Sequence record: ON190024.1
Direction: 5' to 3' (one strand)
Length of the DNA: 64,000 nucleotides
Part shown: piece after piece, positions 63,155 through 64,000 of the stretch
Position numbering within the stretch: position 1 is the stretch's first letter
How the letters are laid out: the number at the start of each line of letters is the position of its first letter
Translations under genes and position numbers: made by a program
The notes under the pieces: model-generated
Database searches by the model: none
What the model saw: the letters and a program-made list of their open reading frames with translations, nothing else
Told to the model about the DNA's origin: nothing

Positions 63155-64000
63155 GTTCAAAGAAGTGACGTATAGCAATATCATGTCGGTTGGTAATACG
63201 CCGATTACGATTAAGCTAGACGAATTTAACAAAACGTTGATTACTGGCACGAATGGTGCTGGTAAATCAACGTACATCGAGGCAATCTGTTTCGCACTGT
63301 ACGGTAAACCATTCCGTAACATCAAGAAAACACAGATTGTTAATGCCGTGAACAAGAAAAAGCTATTGGTTGAAATTACGTTTCAAGACAATAAGCACGT
63401 GTACAAGATTGTTCGCGGTATCAAACCAAACAAGTTCGAGATTTACAAAGACGATGAACTGATTCCGCAAGAAGCCGCGGTTGCTGATTACCAAGACATG
63501 CTTGAAAAGAACATCTTGAAGATGAATCTGAGCACGTTTAAGCAAATCGCTGTTCTCGGTACTGCGGGTTACACGCCGTTTATGTTGCTTCCTGCTGCGA
63601 AACGTCGTGAAATCGTCGAAGACTTGCTTGATATTGGTATTTTCAGTGACATGGCAGCGTTAAACAAAGTCGCACTGAAGCAACTCAATGAGCAGATCAA
63701 AGACACCGAAGCGGATATCGAACGTCGAATGGGCGAATTGAAGTTGCACATTCAGTTCCAAAAAGAACAGCAAGATAATCGCGACGGCGATTTGGCACAG
63801 CTTGAAGCACGTAAATCAGAAGCTGAAGCTGAACTCGCACCACTTTCATTCGAAATTTCTCAACTTGAATCGCAGATCAGCGAAGATAGCAAGAAATTGC
63901 GTGACTTGAAAGAAAAATTGGCATTCGAGTTGTCTGCGGCTGAAGAAGAGCAAGCAACTGAACTGATTGCACTTGATGCTGAACATCAAGCAAACATTGA
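63147..64000 (+). CDS. 46: Recombination ATPase gp46 (Rad50/SbcC-like), 3' truncated by window
   Basis: MIKFKEVTYSNIMSVG, GTNGAGKS, LYGKPFR; read manually, absent from the ORF track. Confidence 0.95.
   Translation, partial: MIKFKEVTYSNIMSVGNTPITIKLDEFNKTLITGTNGAGKSTYIEAICFALYGKPFRNIKKTQIVNAVNKKKLLVEITFQDNKHVYKIVRGIKPNKFEIYKDDELIPQEAAVADYQDMLEKNILKMNLSTFKQIAVLGTAGYTPFMLLPAAKRREIVEDLLDIGIFSDMAALNKVALKQLNEQIKDTEADIERRMGELKLHIQFQKEQQDNRDGDLAQLEARKSEAEAELAPLSFEISQLESQISEDSKKLRDLKEKLAFELSAAEEEQATELIALDAEHQANI

Noticed and set aside
562-63751. Many 60-130 aa antisense or alternate-frame ORFs inside core genes (e.g. 1150..1464, 23076..23438, 44512..44877, 52718..53047, 60110..60499)
   Set aside because: Shadow ORFs of well-supported genes, with no SD, promoter or recognisable motif
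1-64000. tRNA or other structured ncRNA genes
   Set aside because: Intergenic gaps are short and explained by promoters and terminators; no cloverleaf seen by eye (tRNAscan not run)

Overview
A 64-kb segment of a large T4-like (T4 superfamily) lytic phage genome. Gene content and order best match the Vibrio schizo-T-even (KVP40-like) group; this is recognition from memory, not a database hit. The window runs from the 3' end of the major capsid gene 23 to the 5' part of gene 46. It contains the core replication/recombination module (uvsW, uvsY, rnh, dsbA, 33, 59, 32, uvsX, 40, 41, 61, 39/60 topoisomerase, 30 ligase, 55, 47, 46), nucleotide metabolism genes (frd, td, nrdD/G, dUTPase, dexA, glutaredoxins), tail fibre genes 34/35, a CCA-adding enzyme, Sir2, an Alt-like gene, one free-standing GIY-YIG homing endonuclease and many small accessory ORFs. 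I saw no tRNA, rRNA, CRISPR array or intron. Best leads: (1) a set of late genes with T4 capsid-targeting/gp21-cleavage-like N-termini (candidate injected proteins); (2) two of these resemble the separated halves of the bacterial DNA-phosphorothioation-associated methyltransferase; (3) a 71-bp element with five phased 9-bp TTAG repeats, present twice in inverted orientation, once at the uvsY promoter (candidate origin/iteron element); (4) a mini type IV pilin; (5) early promoters built inside terminator hairpins and sharing a conserved leader. All protein family calls are motif recognition by eye and need HMM or structure confirmation.
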